The notes beneath the pieces were generated by a model, which made no database searches, had not been told where the DNA came from, and saw nothing but the letters and a program-made list of their open reading frames with translations. Of a stretch of 64,000 nt of DNA, positions 26,487 to 40,149 are shown piece by piece; positions within the stretch are counted from its first letter, which is position 1; each line of letters begins with the position of its first letter. Made by a program: the position numbers and the translations under genes. The DNA is taken from NCBI GenBank assembly GCA_951406725.2, contig OX597825.1, positions 78,740,001 to 78,804,000 of the forward strand. Reading direction: 5' to 3'. This stretch comes from Octopus vulgaris (Eukaryota).

Positions 26487-27361
26487 GACAGGCTTCTTTC
26501 AGTTTCTTATTTCTTTACTGCCCACAGAGGGGTCAAACAAGGACAGATAAACGAATTAAGTCGATTACATCGACCCCAGTGCGTAACTGGTACTTATTTA
26601 ATCGACCCCGAAAGGATGAAAGGCAAAGTCAACCTCGGTGGAATTTGAACTCAGAACGTAGTGGCCAACGAAATACCACTAAGCATTTCGCCCGGCGTGC
26701 TAACGTTTCTGCCTACCAAATACCTTTCACAAGGCTTTGGTCAGCCTGGGACTGTAGTAGAAGACACTTGCCCAGGGTGCCACACAGTGGGACTGAATCT
26801 GAAACCATGTGGTTGCAAAGCTAGCTTCTTACTACACAGCCTCTCACAGAATTTTATCCTTTACTCCAAAATAATGAAATATATTCTTTTCCTCCTCTTC
26901 CAGTCAGAATTCTCCTCACAATTGTAATTAACCACCTTTTATTGTTGTTTTCTTAAAATGGAACTGTCCATTTCACTCTACAGTGATGTGGTTGCTACTG
27001 TCCTTAAAAGTATTACTGCTTATGACAAACAACTAATATAACAACTATGGGGGGAACATATGATAAACACAAGATGCAGCTTTTGCCATTTGTTTCCTAC
27101 ATACGTTTCAGTTGTGCCATTCGCATCCTCTACAGTGAGTGAAAACAGTGCAATTTAGATGCTGATCTACAACAGTTCTTGAGGGGAACATTTGATTACA
27201 TTGACGCAAATCAAAATAAATATACACACACACATTTGTGGAGTCATGGTTAGTCATGTCCCCTCAACGCCACAAAATGAATAGCCTTAAACATAACAAA
27301 GAAAGAATAACTGTAGTCAGAGATGGATGTCTGAGGTTATGGAATATTTGGGAACACTTAC

Positions 27362-27460
27362 TGCAGCACAAATAAGAGGAAATCTGCAATATCTTCCAAA
27401 TAAAACTCTGGAAGTGCAGCAAATGCCTTCTCAGTGACTTGGGGCAGAGGTAAGTTGTTG
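27362..27460 (-). CDS. UBE4B: UBE4B exon
   Basis: NNLPLPQVTEKAFAALPEFYLEDIADFLLFVL. Confidence 0.95.
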
Positions 27461-28097
27461 CTGAAAAGAAGAAAAGAAAAACAGAGAAAGAGAGACATAA
27501 TTAGAGAATTAAACAAAATTTACAGTAACTAAAATATGATGACATCATTAACCCATTTATTATCATTATTCTGGTAAGACACTCTGCCTTTGTGTCAATT
27601 AATTTTAAAATAACGAAGAATTTAGTAAAATAACTTTTATCATAATTAAACTGGTGTTTGGAACATTACTCTTCTACTTGTTTCAGTCATTTGGCTGTGG
27701 CCATGCGGGAGCACCGCCTTTAGTCGAACAAATCGAACCCAGGACTTATTCTTTGTAAGCCTAGTACTTATTCTATTGGTCTCTTTTGCCAAACTGCTAA
27801 GTTACAGGGACGTTAACACACCAGCATCGGTTGTCAAGCGATGTTGGGGGGACAAACACAGACACACAAACATATACACACACATACATATATATATTAA
27901 CAGGTGTTTAGGATGTACTTCTCATCACCAACCCTTACCTGTTTCCATGTAAGGTTAATATTTCCCCCATAGTCAGACATGTTTGCACAAAATATGGACA
28001 AGGACACACACATATACACACATACAAATACACACACAAAAATATACACACAAAAATACACACACATAAATACACACACATAAACACACACACACAA

Positions 28098-28128
<31 letters not shown>

Positions 28129-28329
28129 AGCTTCTTTCAGATTCTGTCTATTAAATTTACTCACTTAGTTTCTTCCAAAGCTATAGCAAAAGACCCTTGC
28201 CCAAGGTGCCACACACTGAGACTGAACCCATGAACATGTGATTAGGAAGCAAACTAATAACCATATAGCCACACTTATGCCTATTCACCATGCCTGGGCC
28301 TATACAACAAATTTTTGGAAACGTTCTTT

Positions 28330-28742
28330 TAGGCACAGGAGTGGTTGTGTGGTAAGTAGCTTGCTAACCAACTACATGGTTCAGGGTTCAGTCCCACTGC
28401 GTGGCATCTTGGGCACGTGTCTTCTACTATAGCCTCAGGCCAACCAATGCCTTGTGAGTGGATTTGGTAGACGGAAACTGAAAGAAGCCTGTCGTATATA
28501 TGTATATATATATATATATGTGTGTGTGTTTGTGTGTCTGTGCTTGTTCCCCTAGCATTGCTTGACAACCGATGCTGGTGTGTTTATGTCCTCGTCACTT
28601 AGCGGTTCGGCAAAAAGAGACCAATAGAATAAGTACTGGGCTTACAAAAAGAATAAGTCCCGGGGTTGAGTTGCTCGACTAAAGGCAGTGCTCCAGCATG
28701 GCCGCAGTCAAATGACTGAAACAAGTAAAAGCGTAAAAGAGA
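28330..28742 (+). mobile_element. tRNA-derived SINE family B (CORE-like CTTGGGCA.GTGTCTT). Other copies near 70-460(-) and 58645-59046(-), plus many fragments
   Basis: tRNA-like head GGTTCAGTCCC, internal TA/TG microsatellite, conserved 3' end; many similar copies in the window. Confidence 0.8.
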
Positions 28743-28907
28743 GAGTCTAATACGTGGCTATTATTCAGCTAGCATCCAATATCAATCTGCATTATGTATA
28801 AAATATTTCGTACATGTGCAAGGGTGTGTACACACAAATTCTTGCTTCTTCGGAGACTAAAGAATGAGAAAACAAACGGTACGGCTGCCGGTGCCAGTAT
28901 TTCTTAC

Positions 28908-29035
28908 CCTTCATTCTCGGGATCTGCCATTTTCAATAAATAATCAGCTACGACGCCATAGAACTGCAAACACCGTCTTAAGAGAGATTCATCCAAGAGG
29001 CCAGCATTGGCACAAAGCTTACTCTTTTGTAGTTT
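28908..29035 (-). CDS. UBE4B: UBE4B exon
   Basis: KLQKSKLCANAGLLDESLLRRCLQFYGVVADYLLKMADPENEG. Confidence 0.94.
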
Positions 29036-30238
29036 CTGCAAATCACAAAAGAAAAATAAATACATTAAACAAATACAAATATACTAAAAACAGATTATCA
29101 ACATTTTATCATCATTTTAACGTCCCCATTTCTATGTCAGGGCGAGTGTATTGAGGCAACACCATTAACCACAAGCTAATGTGCCTTCAGACACTTCTAC
29201 CAAACCTCACTCACAAGATACATGTCGACCTGAAGCTAAGGTAAAGGTCTCTTTGCTCAAGGTGCCACACAGTGGAACTAAATGAACCCAAAACCATGTA
29301 ATTGCAAAGTGATCTTTTTAACCAGACAGCAATGCCTGTGGGGCCCCTATCTGTAAAAACAGAAAAGGTGAAATAATTATGACTGAGGTATCTTTGATAA
29401 TAAGATGAGTCAACAGGACTAATTCAGGATGGAACAACAACTTAATTCCACTCCAAATAGTTTTCCTAGTAAGATTGACTAAACAGTTGCTGTTTAGCCT
29501 CAGGATTGAGCAGACCTATGTATAAAAGACAGTCCAGCCATGATGACAGGTCTTTTTAAAACTGTGTAAGAGGATGGGAATGATGCAAGTGGGTACAGCT
29601 GTTTGGACACTGAAGATTTGGCATGGCTGACTGGACATTCAGCTTGTTTTGGTGATTGTATATCTTGGCACTGGAAGTAAACACACACACACACACACAC
29701 ACACTTAAATGGATATGCAGAAATATACAGAGAGGGGAAGAGAGAGACAAACACTTTCCCTCTCATTTGTACACAAGAAAATATGCTCACACACATGGAG
29801 AGGGGGAGGAAGGAGGGAGAGTGAGAGAGATAGAGGGTGGGGAGGGGGGAAGGAGAGAAGGAGAGAGAGGAAAAGAACAAGAGAAACGTTAGAGTGGGAG
29901 TGATGTCAAATAAGTCAGCATTGAATCAGTGACGCCAAAACAGGCAGCACCGAAACAGCTGTACCAAAACGTCACACACCCATAAGAGGTCTGCATTAAT
30001 AGGTCCTTTCCTAAGATGATAGATAGCGGTTTACAAGACATTTTGCAGATGCTCTTTCTGATTGGATCCAAGCTTTAAAGAACCCCATTGCCAAATGAGA
30101 ATGCATCCAAGAACGGGGTTGTTCTTTTCCTTTTTATTTGTTTTTACTTTTTTATTATTTTTTTTTACAAAAGAGAGGAGAAAGGGGTAAGAAAATAAAG
30201 AGACCCCCCCGCCCCCCAAAAAGAAGAGATCCACTCAC

Positions 30239-30474
30239 TTTTACTTGAGCTTTCCATTTTTCTAGAGATTCTTTATTTCGAGAGGCTACCGGTGAATCTT
30301 TCCACTGAGCCTCGCTCGACTCCAACTCTTCGATGGCTCGATTCAAATTCCTTATAATAACTAGATGGCGTTGGTATTTCCTCGAAAGTGGCAGGATGGA
30401 AATGTGATGGCAGTGTAATGTCAAAAAGAAACATTCTGTAGAAAATTTAGGATCTTGCCAATTTTTAGTTTTAG
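30239..30474 (-). CDS. UBE4B: UBE4B exon
   Basis: KTKNWQDPKFSTECFFLTLHCHHISILP...WKDSPVASRNKESLEKWKAQVK. Confidence 0.95.
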
Positions 30475-30771
30475 CTGAAAAATATTCAAACAAATATAAT
30501 ATAAAACTGGTACCTTAATATATGTTAATATATATAATATATGCAAATAATATGTATCTTCATTATTCCTTCAAAATTAACATTTCTAGAAGGCAACTGC
30601 AAGACAAATGAACTTAACGAGAGACGAGTTGAATTTTAGTAGGGAAATCTAGTTGTTAAATTAACCTCTAAAATATTTCTGGAACTTACAATCAAAAGTC
30701 AACTCAGATTAAAGCAGATTAAAATTTAATATCTTAATCCAATGATGCCAGCCGAGTAATTCCCCACTTAC

Positions 30772-30877
30772 CCAGTTCTGTGCGCCATTCCTCGCTCTCC
30801 TGAGATGTACATTTCATACAACTTTCAGATGAGATATCAACTCTGCAGTTTGGATGGTAAGGATAATATAGGTCCAC
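30772..30877 (-). CDS. UBE4B: UBE4B exon
   Basis: VDLYYPYHPNCRVDISSESCMKCTSQESEEWRTEL. Confidence 0.92.
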
Positions 30878-30894
30878 CTGAAATAGAAACAGCA

Positions 30895-31175
30895 TTGATG
30901 ACTAATCACAAAAGTATAAAACAATATCAATGACTAATGACTATGGTATAAAATAATATCAATGACTAATGACTGGTATAAAATATCAATGACTATGGTA
31001 TAAAATAATATCAATGACTAATGATTATGGTATAAAATAATATCAATGACTAATGACTGGTATAAAATATCAATGACTAAAGTGTAAAACAATATCAATG
31101 ACTAATAATTAAAGTATAAAACAATATCAATGACTATGGTATAAAGCAATATCAATCACATAGGTATAAAGCAAT
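30895..31175. repeat. AT-rich ~30-bp minisatellite (AATATCAATGACTAATGACTATGGTATAAA)
   Basis: Seen directly, next to an exon acceptor. Confidence 0.8.
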
Positions 31176-31366
31176 TTTGAAGACTAATTAATAATAATAT
31201 AATTAATACTTATTACAATTACTACACAATGTGAAGGCAAGGCAACAGTAACAAAAACACATGCACACCCAGGTAAGTCCCCATAGTCCACATACAAACA
31301 TGGCAAATTTAACTATTTCTCTGGATATTAAAAAAAATGACAAACAGCCTCAGCTGATCCATTATT

Positions 31367-31490
31367 TACATTATTTACATTTGACGGTTATTTGTCCTCT
31401 TCTTGTTTGTTGTTAACATAACGTTTCGGCTAATACACGCTCCAGCCTTCATCAGGTGTTTGGGGGAAATTTTGAACCTGGGTTCTCATT
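31367..31490 (-). mobile_element. Fragment (HHR tail) of the tRNA/HHR element
   Basis: Same tail sequence; minus-strand CTGATGA AGGCTG..TAGCC GAAACGTT. Confidence 0.65.
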
Positions 31491-32212
31491 CATATTAATC
31501 TGGCCACATTCCTATTAATTTGCTTCCTAACTACATGGTTTCGGGTTCAGTCCCACTGCGTGGCACTTTGGGTAGGTGTCTTCCGCTATAGCCCCAAGCC
31601 GACCGGAGCTTTGTGATTGAATTCGGTAGGCGGGAGTTACTGCCGTGTGTGTATATGTGCGTATAGCTGCTCAGTGCCTCTCCGAAAGAGAGAGAGAGAC
31701 CACATTCCTATTAATCTGGCTGTATTGAACAAGAAAAATCTTGAAAACCCCATACCTTTTTATTTCTATCTTTTCTAAGTAATCTAGACTGTTCTACATT
31801 ACTGGTATGTTTCCCAAGTATGCTTTCACATTTTCGTACATGTGTATAGGGTAGAAATAAAAAGGAATGGGGTTTCAAGATTTTCATTACTGAATCCAGC
31901 CAGATTAATAGGTATGTGGTCTTGTGGTTAAGACGTTGTACTCAAAATCACAAGCTCATGGTTTTAATTTCCAGAGCAGGTAGTATGTTGTGTTCTTGAG
32001 CAAGACACTTCATTTCACAATGCTCAGGTCCACTCAGCTGTTAGTGGGTAACACTGCAACAGACTGGTGTCCCCTTCAAAGTGAATGCTGTGTGCTGAGT
32101 CCCTTTTATGCCACTGGAAACTGAGTGACTGGCCTTGAGTCGTAGGACTCAAAGGGATGAGAGAGATTCATTCATTCATCATCATCGTCATTTAGCATCT
32201 GCAAAATCTTAC

Positions 32213-32302
32213 CTTATCCAAAGAGATCTTTATAGCCAGCATCTGAAGAACTGTGAGAAGATTGAGCATGAAACCATCTCCGGCAACATATCTCTCATCA
32301 AC
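32213..32302 (-). CDS. UBE4B: UBE4B exon
   Basis: VDERYVAGDGFMLNLLTVLQMLAIKISLDK (DGFMLN motif). Confidence 0.94.
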
Positions 32303-32872
32303 CTGTAATTAACAAATTTAAGGTGTTCACAAAATAAAGAAAAAAAATATTTCAAACTCACACAGCGGGTGTGTATACAAGAGTGTGTGTGCGTGTGCGT
32401 ACGTGCATGTGTGTGAGTGAGTGAAGGCATGTGGTCAAATGGTTAAGGTGTTAGACTCATGATGTATGTATGTATGTATGCATGTGTATGTATGTATATG
32501 TGTGTGTGTGTGCATCTGTATGTATGTATCCTGTATATTCATGTGCTTGCATGTCCATGTTTGTATATTTTCTATGTATGTGTGTGAGCGTGTTTGCATA
32601 TGTATGCACCTCTGTCTCCTTGTGTGTGCATGTCTGTGTATGCATGTGCGTGTTATGCAACTATGCACCATGTTTGTATGTATGGATGGATGATTTATTA
32701 ATTTATTGGTTGCCAAAATATTTAACAGTTTGTTTCTAAAAACTAATGATTATTTCTTTAGAATAATCTGTACCCTCTAAAACAAATACAATGAAATATT
32801 TTCCCCCTCAGCTCCTGAAAACAAAATCAGACAAATGTAATTCTATAATAAAATCACTGAACAGATCAATAC

Positions 32873-32986
32873 CTGAATTTGAGATTTCTTGGAATTTCCA
32901 TCAATAAACTTCTCTAACAGCCCTATAGCAGCATCCCTGCTTTCTGAGTTCACCAAAACTGCATGTATGATTTTATACTGCTCCGT
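32873..32986 (-). CDS. UBE4B: UBE4B exon
   Basis: TEQYKIIHAVLVNSESRDAAIGLLEKFIDGNSKKSQIQ. Confidence 0.92.
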
Positions 32987-33692
32987 CTGTCGAAGATAAA
33001 TTAAAGAAAACAATAATATTGAGAATCAATTATCAATAAATCTGAAGCAATATTCTTCAATATATTGGACCAAGTGAAACGCGAACCACTGAAGATTTGT
33101 ACTTCATGTAGGGATTCAAAGAAGAAACACCTTAAGTGCTTTCCTACATGTTAACACCACCCTTATCAGCTACAATGTTGTACCTCCCCATGTCTTTATG
33201 AGGTTGCTTGACCTGCTAGAAATATAAACCAATTGTCCCTCAAATCCAACCATACAGATAATGGAAACCACGATATGCAAGATATGAAGGACGATGTGTT
33301 GTCGTAGCTGAAATACTTTTGACCACAGGTCTATTCAGTCAAAGTTAATTTGGTGGTAAACAACAACAGAAAACAGATTTATACACAAAGCACTGGTTGG
33401 TACTTGACTATAGCTCAAGGTGGTCTTCAGTGGGACTGAACCCAAAACCACATGGTTGAGAAGCAAACTTCTTTAACCACCCAACCATGCCTGCACCTAG
33501 TAACAAAAAAAGTTATTTATTTTACAGAACCCATCCAAATTCTGGATTCTTTCCGAAACTGAGTGAATATGAGGTGAGGACAAATTACACAATATGGTCC
33601 TAGATAAAAGCTAAGAGGTAATGGCTTGAATATCATTCAGTCTGAGCCGGCCAAAGGTTAAATAAAGAGCGACAACAGGTGACCCCACTTAC

Positions 33693-33791
33693 CCGAGCAT
33701 ATTCAAGACCATGTTGCAGAGTTTGGAATATGAGTCTTGCATTGTCTGGTGTTAATAAATGGTTAGAGAAATATTTCTCAACAACTTTCAC
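33693..33791 (-). CDS. UBE4B: UBE4B exon
   Basis: VKVVEKYFSNHLLTPDNARLIFQTLQHGLEYAR. Confidence 0.92.
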
Positions 33792-35317
33792 CTGAAACAA
33801 GAAGATCGAAACATGGAAATATTAAAGAAAACCAAGGTAATGGAGGCACATGGATAAATTCGCTTATTTATTAGAATATAACGAATGTCATTAGTACGCT
33901 TACACAGGTTAACGTTATTTAATTATGGGACTTACCAATTAATTTAAGATAATAACTATTTGTAATAATTAGTCCCAATGAAAGTAACTATGCTTTAATT
34001 ATTTATTTATATATATTTATATGTATCTGAGAGTTGAATAAAACACAAGATTTAGGTTATTTTCTGATTATAACAATTACATATCTTTACATATGTTTCA
34101 CTAGTGAATGCTTGTATGTTGTGCTGTAATCATTATGTAGATGCTTGCATGGAAACACCAGTTCTTCAGAAAAAAAATAGTAATTCAATCCATTGTTATT
34201 TATCAACTTCAGTCGGTTGACAGATATGAGTTGTATCTATAATAATAATTTGATCATTTTTAAGATTACATTATAAAATATTTCTTTGAAAAAAGAAAAT
34301 TAATAGAATAGAATAATTCTATAAGATTATTATAAGTCATGCAATTTTGAATGTAGAAGTAATCTGAATATAATATTTAGAAATTTTATGAATTGATAGC
34401 AATAAAAAGAGAAATTATCTTTTATTTGTTTCGGTCATTAGACTGCAGTCATGTTGGGGTATCACCTTGAAGGATTTTTATCAAACAAATTGACCCCAGT
34501 ATTTATTAAGCTAGATACTTGATTGTGTCAGCTTCTGTTGTTAAACTATTGAGTTACAGGAATATAAACAAAGTAACACTGGTTGTCAAGTAGTTGTGGA
34601 GAGACAAACAAGACACACATTCACATATAGGATTTTACACAGTTTCTGTCTACCAAATTATCTCACAAGACATTGGTTGGCCAAGTTTAGAGTAGACGAC
34701 ACTTGCCCAAGGTACCATACAGTGGGATTGAACTGACAATCACATGATCGCAAGGCAAGATTTTTAACCACATAGTCATGCCTCTATGTATACGAGAATT
34801 AAATTTTCAAAAGTCAAAATCAAAATCAAATTCGATGACTGGCATCCGTGCTAGTGGGATGCAAAGAGCACCATCCAAGCATGATCGTTGTCAGAGTGGC
34901 TATCTGGCTTCCGTGCTGGTGGCACGTAAAAGACACCATTTGAGCGTGATCGTTACCAGCATATGTAAAGGATTCGAGTGAGGGCATTGCCAGTACCGCC
35001 TGACTGGCCCCATGCCAGTAGCATGTAAAAGCACCCACTACACTCTAGAGTGGTTGGTGTTAGGAAGGGCATCCAGCTGTAGAAACTCTGCCAGATCAAG
35101 ATTGGAGCCTGGTGCAGCCATCTGGTTTGCCAGCCCTCAGTCAAAATCGTCCAACCCATGCTAGCATGGAAAGCGGATGTTAAACGATGATGATGATGAT
35201 GATGATGATGACTTCATACAAAACTAATTACAGAATAGCAAGAATAGGAATTAGGTTTTTCCTTTTGTGTTTAATTCCTGAAATCAGAAATAAATAATAG
35301 AAATATTTCCAACTAAC

Positions 35318-35434
35318 ATTATCACCAACAAAAACCGAGAGTGAGAGAAATGGTCCAAGTAAAGTAAGTTTCTCCATTTCCAGTCCTGTGGTCTTTCTCA
35401 TTACCTTCGGTAACCAGTTGGATTGGGACACCAT
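35318..35434 (-). CDS. UBE4B: UBE4B exon
   Basis: MVSQSNWLPKVMRKTTGLEMEKLTLLGPFLSLSVFVGDN; donor gttagt. Confidence 0.92.
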
Positions 35435-36524
35435 CTAATGAGACAAAAGAGAAACAAAAACAATATATTAAAAAAGAAATATTCACTGAGAAAATCTATT
35501 GTGTTTATCTGAAATATCTACTGTTAAACCTTTTTGTTACCAACCAGCCTGAGACTGCCCTGGATTCGATGACCCAAACTTGCTGTTTTAAAGAGATGTG
35601 GATTAAAATCTTCCATCAAAATTTCGTATTTTATGTTCCAAACACCAGCTTAATGACAAAGATATTTTACTAAGTTCTTCACAATTTTAAAAATTAACCG
35701 AAACAAAAGCAGTTTATTTCAACAGAAATCTAGTAACAAAAGTAACTGAAGGCAGCAAGCTGGCAGAATCGGTAGCACGCCGGGTGAAATGCTTAGCGAT
35801 ATTTCGTCTGCTGCTACGTTCTAAGTTCAAATTCCGCCGAGGTCGACTTTGCTTTTCATCCTTTCAGGGTCAATGAATTAAGTACCAGTTACGCACTAGG
35901 GTCGATATAATCGACTTAATCCCTTTGTCTATCTCTGCTTGTCCCCTCTATGTTTAGCCCCTTGTGGGCAATAAAGAAATAAGAAATCTTAGTAACAAAA
36001 GGGTTAAGGTAGTGAAGTGATAGTCATTACAGCTTGAAATAGAATATCTTTGTTCTGATATTCAGCTCTTTGAGTTCAAATCTAACTAAAGTCAACTGTG
36101 CTTTTCATCCTTTCAAGGTTGATTAAAAAGAAAAATTTTAGAAAAATTTACAAATCCAGGGCAGAACTGTAACAACATCAAACCAGATGCCTTGCAGTAT
36201 TTGTTCCTACACTTCTGAGTTCAAATCCTTGTATGGCTACTTGGATGGTAGATTTAATCTATCACTTGATTTAACAACACCACTTGGCATTTTTAGTGCC
36301 TTTAGCAGCAGAGTTCACCCTGCTGCAATCATTCTGGCCGGGTCTTCTGTCAAATGATGTCTTTCTGTCTTCTTTCCCATTAACCTTAGAGGTGTTGTGA
36401 TGGGACATGGACATTGCCCTCCTTACTGACTAAAAATATTTTTTTTAAAAAGCCTCATTTACAACTACCAGGTGATGTCAAGACAAGGAGAAACAAACAT
36501 ACACACACCCACACATATATAAAC

Positions 36525-36845
36525 TGGCATTCCATTGGTTATGACCACAAGGGTTCCAGTTGGTTCGATCAATGGAACAGCCTGCTCATGAAATTAGCAT
36601 GCAAGTGGCTGAGTACTCCACAGATACACGTACCCTTAATATAGGTCCCAGGGAGATCCAGCATGACACACAATGTGACAAGGCCAGCCCTTTGAAATAC
36701 AGATACAACTCATTTTTGCTAGGTGAGTGGACTGGAGCAATGTGAAATAAACTGTCTTGCTCAAGGACACAACACGTCACCGGGAATTGAACTCATGACC
36801 TTATAATCATGAACCAAACACCCTAACCACTAAGCCATGCACCTT
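36525..36845 (-). mobile_element. tRNA-derived SINE family D. Other copies near 2645-2965(+) and 9160-9470(-)
   Basis: Shared GTCCTTGAGCAAGACA..TTATTTCACATTGCTCCAGTCCACTCA core and tRNA-like head. Confidence 0.7.
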
Positions 36846-37064
36846 TACCATACACACACACACACACACAATGGGCTTCTTTCAGTTTCCATCACCAAAT
36901 CCACACATAAGGTATTGGCTGATAAAGGTTATGGCAAAAGACACTTGCTTGAGGTGCCACGCAGTGGGACTGAACCTGGAACCATGTGGTTGAGAAGCAA
37001 ACTTCTTAACCACATTGTCTACCACAAATTAAAATAAAGAGTTTAAAAGGAACTTGTAACTTAC

Positions 37065-37205
37065 CAATGAACAAATAGGTCGACAGTTGTCCCATTTAAT
37101 TTCACAGAGTTCTGAGAGAACAGATAATGGTTCCTTGTAGTCATCAGTGTCCAAAGACTGGCATGATATCAATTGGCTAAGACGGTGAATGATAGGCACA
37201 AAAAT
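37065..37205 (-). CDS. UBE4B: UBE4B exon
   Basis: IFVPIIHRLSQLISCQSLDTDDYKEPLSVLSELCEIKWDNCRPICSL. Confidence 0.92.
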
Positions 37206-38357
37206 CTACAAAGGGAAATATTCTTTCATTAGCATCAAGAGAAATGGATTTTTCAGGAAAAATATGGAAAGGTTAACATGATAACTGTAAACTAATTATT
37301 ACAATTATGTTAATTAACTACATGATTTATATTGTATACACACACACACACCACCTGTGCTGGTGGCATGTAATAAGCACCATTTGAGCGTGGGTTGATG
37401 CCAGTGCCACCTGACTGGCTCCCCATACTGGTGGGATGTAAAAAGCACCATGCAAACATGGTCAATGCTAGTTCCGCCTGACTGGATCCTATGACATGTA
37501 AAAAGCACCATCCGAACGTGGTTCATGCCAGTTCTGCCTGACTGGCTCCCATGCCAGTGACACGTAAAAAGCACCATCCAAATGTGGTCGATACCAGTGC
37601 CACCTGACTGGCTCTCATGCTAGTGGCATGTAAAAAGCACCCACTACACTCATGGAATGGTTGGCATTAGGAAGAGCATCCAGCTGTAGAAACCTTGCCA
37701 GATCAGATTGGAGCTTGGTGCAGCCTACTGGCTTGCCAATCCTCAGTCAAACCGTCCAACCCATGACAGCATGGAAAGCAGACATTAAACAATGATGATG
37801 ATGATGATGACACACACAAATATAAACATGTAGGTAGAGAAAGAGAAACTAGTATTATATTAGTTTCAAACTTGTTTCAGTTATTGAACTGTGACCAGGC
37901 TGGAGCACAGTTTGAATGATTTTAGTGGCTTGTATCAAGTGCAGTATTTGTTTTTTTAAAGTTTCGTACTTGATATATATCTATTTGTTGAGCTGCTAAG
38001 TCACAGTACTTGGTAACACAGTCACAAAGACAGAGACATGCGAATACACACATGCAATAGGTTTCTTTCAATCTCCATCTACCAAATGCACTCACAGGGC
38101 TTTAATCAGCCCAGGGCTAGAGTAGAAGATGCTTGCCCAAGATACCATACATTGAGAGTGAACCCAAGACTACATGGTTGCAAGGGAAGCTTCTTAACTA
38201 CACAGCCACGTTGACATTTCATGTAAAGTACTCATCACATGTGAAGACAGGCAACTGAATCGAAGAAGCAGAACAGTAAAGAAATCAAACATTATGGCTG
38301 AAGAGGTGGCTGTTGGAATCAACACAGAAACAAACAAACAAACAAGAGGAACCTTAC

Positions 38358-38469
38358 CTTGTTCAAACTTTCTCTGTCAGGTAAAGTTGAGACAAGAAGT
38401 GAGAGGAATCCTCTGGGCAGATTGTGGGAAAGCAAATATGGTAGCAAAAACAAAGAAGCAGTTTCAGAT
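38358..38469 (-). CDS. UBE4B: UBE4B exon
   Basis: SETASLFLLPYLLSHNLPRGFLSLLVSTLPDRESLNK. Confidence 0.92.
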
Positions 38470-38667
38470 CTGAGGGAAAGAAAATAAACAAGAAAAACTG
38501 TCATTTAATCAGGGTTACAACTTTTTGGGCTTGTTTTGTTTTGTTTTCATCTTTTAGTCATGAAGGAAGGAAGGAAGGTCATGCCATAAGTCTATATAAA
38601 GAGTCCCCTAGGCTGATGGAAAGGAAGAAGGGAATAAGATATTCTCAAGCCAGAGACATAACTTGAT

Positions 38668-39292
38668 CACTGGTAAAGATGCCCGTGGTGCTGCCGGTAA
38701 AGGTGCCCGCGGTTCCACCAGTAAAGGTGCACAGAGTGCTGCCGGTAAAGGTGCCCATGGTGCCACCGGTAAAGGTGCCCATAGTACTGCCGGTAAAGGT
38801 GCACATGGTGCCACCGGTTAAGGTGCACGTAATGCCGTCGGTAAAGGTACACATAGTGCAGTCGGTAAAGGTGCACATAGTGCAGTCGGTAAAGGTGCAC
38901 ATAGTGCCGTCGGTAAAGGTGCACATAGTGCCGTCGGTAAAGATACACATAGTGCCATCGGTAAAGGTGCACATAGTGCCATCGGTAAAGGTGCACATAG
39001 TGCCGTCGGTAAAGGTGCACATAGTGCCGTCGGTAAAGGTGCACATAGTGCCGTCGGTAAAGGTGCACATAGTGCCGTCGGTAAAGGTGCACATAGTGCC
39101 GTCGGTAAAGGTGCACATAGTGCCGTCGGTAAAGGTGCACATAGTGCCGTCGGTAAAGGTGCACAGAGTGCCGTCGGTAAAGGTGCACATAGTGCCGTCA
39201 GTAAAGGTGCACATAGTGCCGTCGGTAAAGGTGCACATAGTGCTGTCGGTAAAGGTGCACATAGTGCCGTCGGTAAAAGTGCACATAGTGCT
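38668..39292. repeat. 24-bp minisatellite GTGCCGTCGGTAAAGGTGCACATA, about 26 copies
   Basis: Seen directly; 8-aa periodicity in the ORF track. Confidence 0.95.
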
Positions 39293-40149
39293 AGTGTTGG
39301 TGTTAAGCCAGGTGATAGGTTAAGTCTAGCATTCATATAGACTATGATGAGATTGGAACTCAGAATGCAAAGAGCCAGAACAAATACTGCAAAGCAATTA
39401 CATTTTTTCTTTTCCCCTTTAAATCAATCCTAAAAGATGAAAGGCAAAGTTGACCTTGGTGGGATTTGAACTTAGAGCATAGAGAGTTGGAACAAATACC
39501 ACAAGGCATTCTGTCCACTGCTCTAACCACTCTGCCAATACATCATGTAATAATCATCATTTAACGTCCACAGACAGAGTTAGTTGGGGCAGATTTTTCT
39601 ACGGCCAGACGCCTTCCCTGGCACCAACCCTCACCTGTTTCCAAAGCAAGGTAAAATTTCCTTGCGACTGACCATCTTTTTCATGGAAGCTTGGAAATGA
39701 TTGACATCGTTTGTATGATGCTCATTTACAACCATCAAATGATGTTTAGAGAAGGGCACATACATGACAGGCTTCTTTCAGTTTCCATTCTACCAAATTC
39801 ACTCACAAGGCTTTGGTCAACCCGGGGTTATACTAGACAACACTTGCCCGAAGTGGCACACAGTGAGATTGAACCAAACACCACACAGTTAGGAAGCTAG
39901 CCTCTCAACCACACAGCCACACCTACTATATTTAAATAACCCTCTCTACAGTTACACAATTTCATTCAGTATTATCTGGGGTCGAAATAAACCTTAATAC
40001 TGCTCCATAGCAGTTATGTTTTTATCAACAAGCAAAATCAAAAATAAAGACACACACACACACAAATATAAAATATAAATTTCAGAAAGTTTAGGGTGCT
40101 TCTGATCACACTGACAATTAGAAGCAAGCTACGACAAAAGGAAAAGAGC

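Noticed and set aside
38668-39292. CRISPR-like array or repeat protein gene
   Set aside because: Units are contiguous with no unique spacers; eukaryotic intron; no splice or start context.
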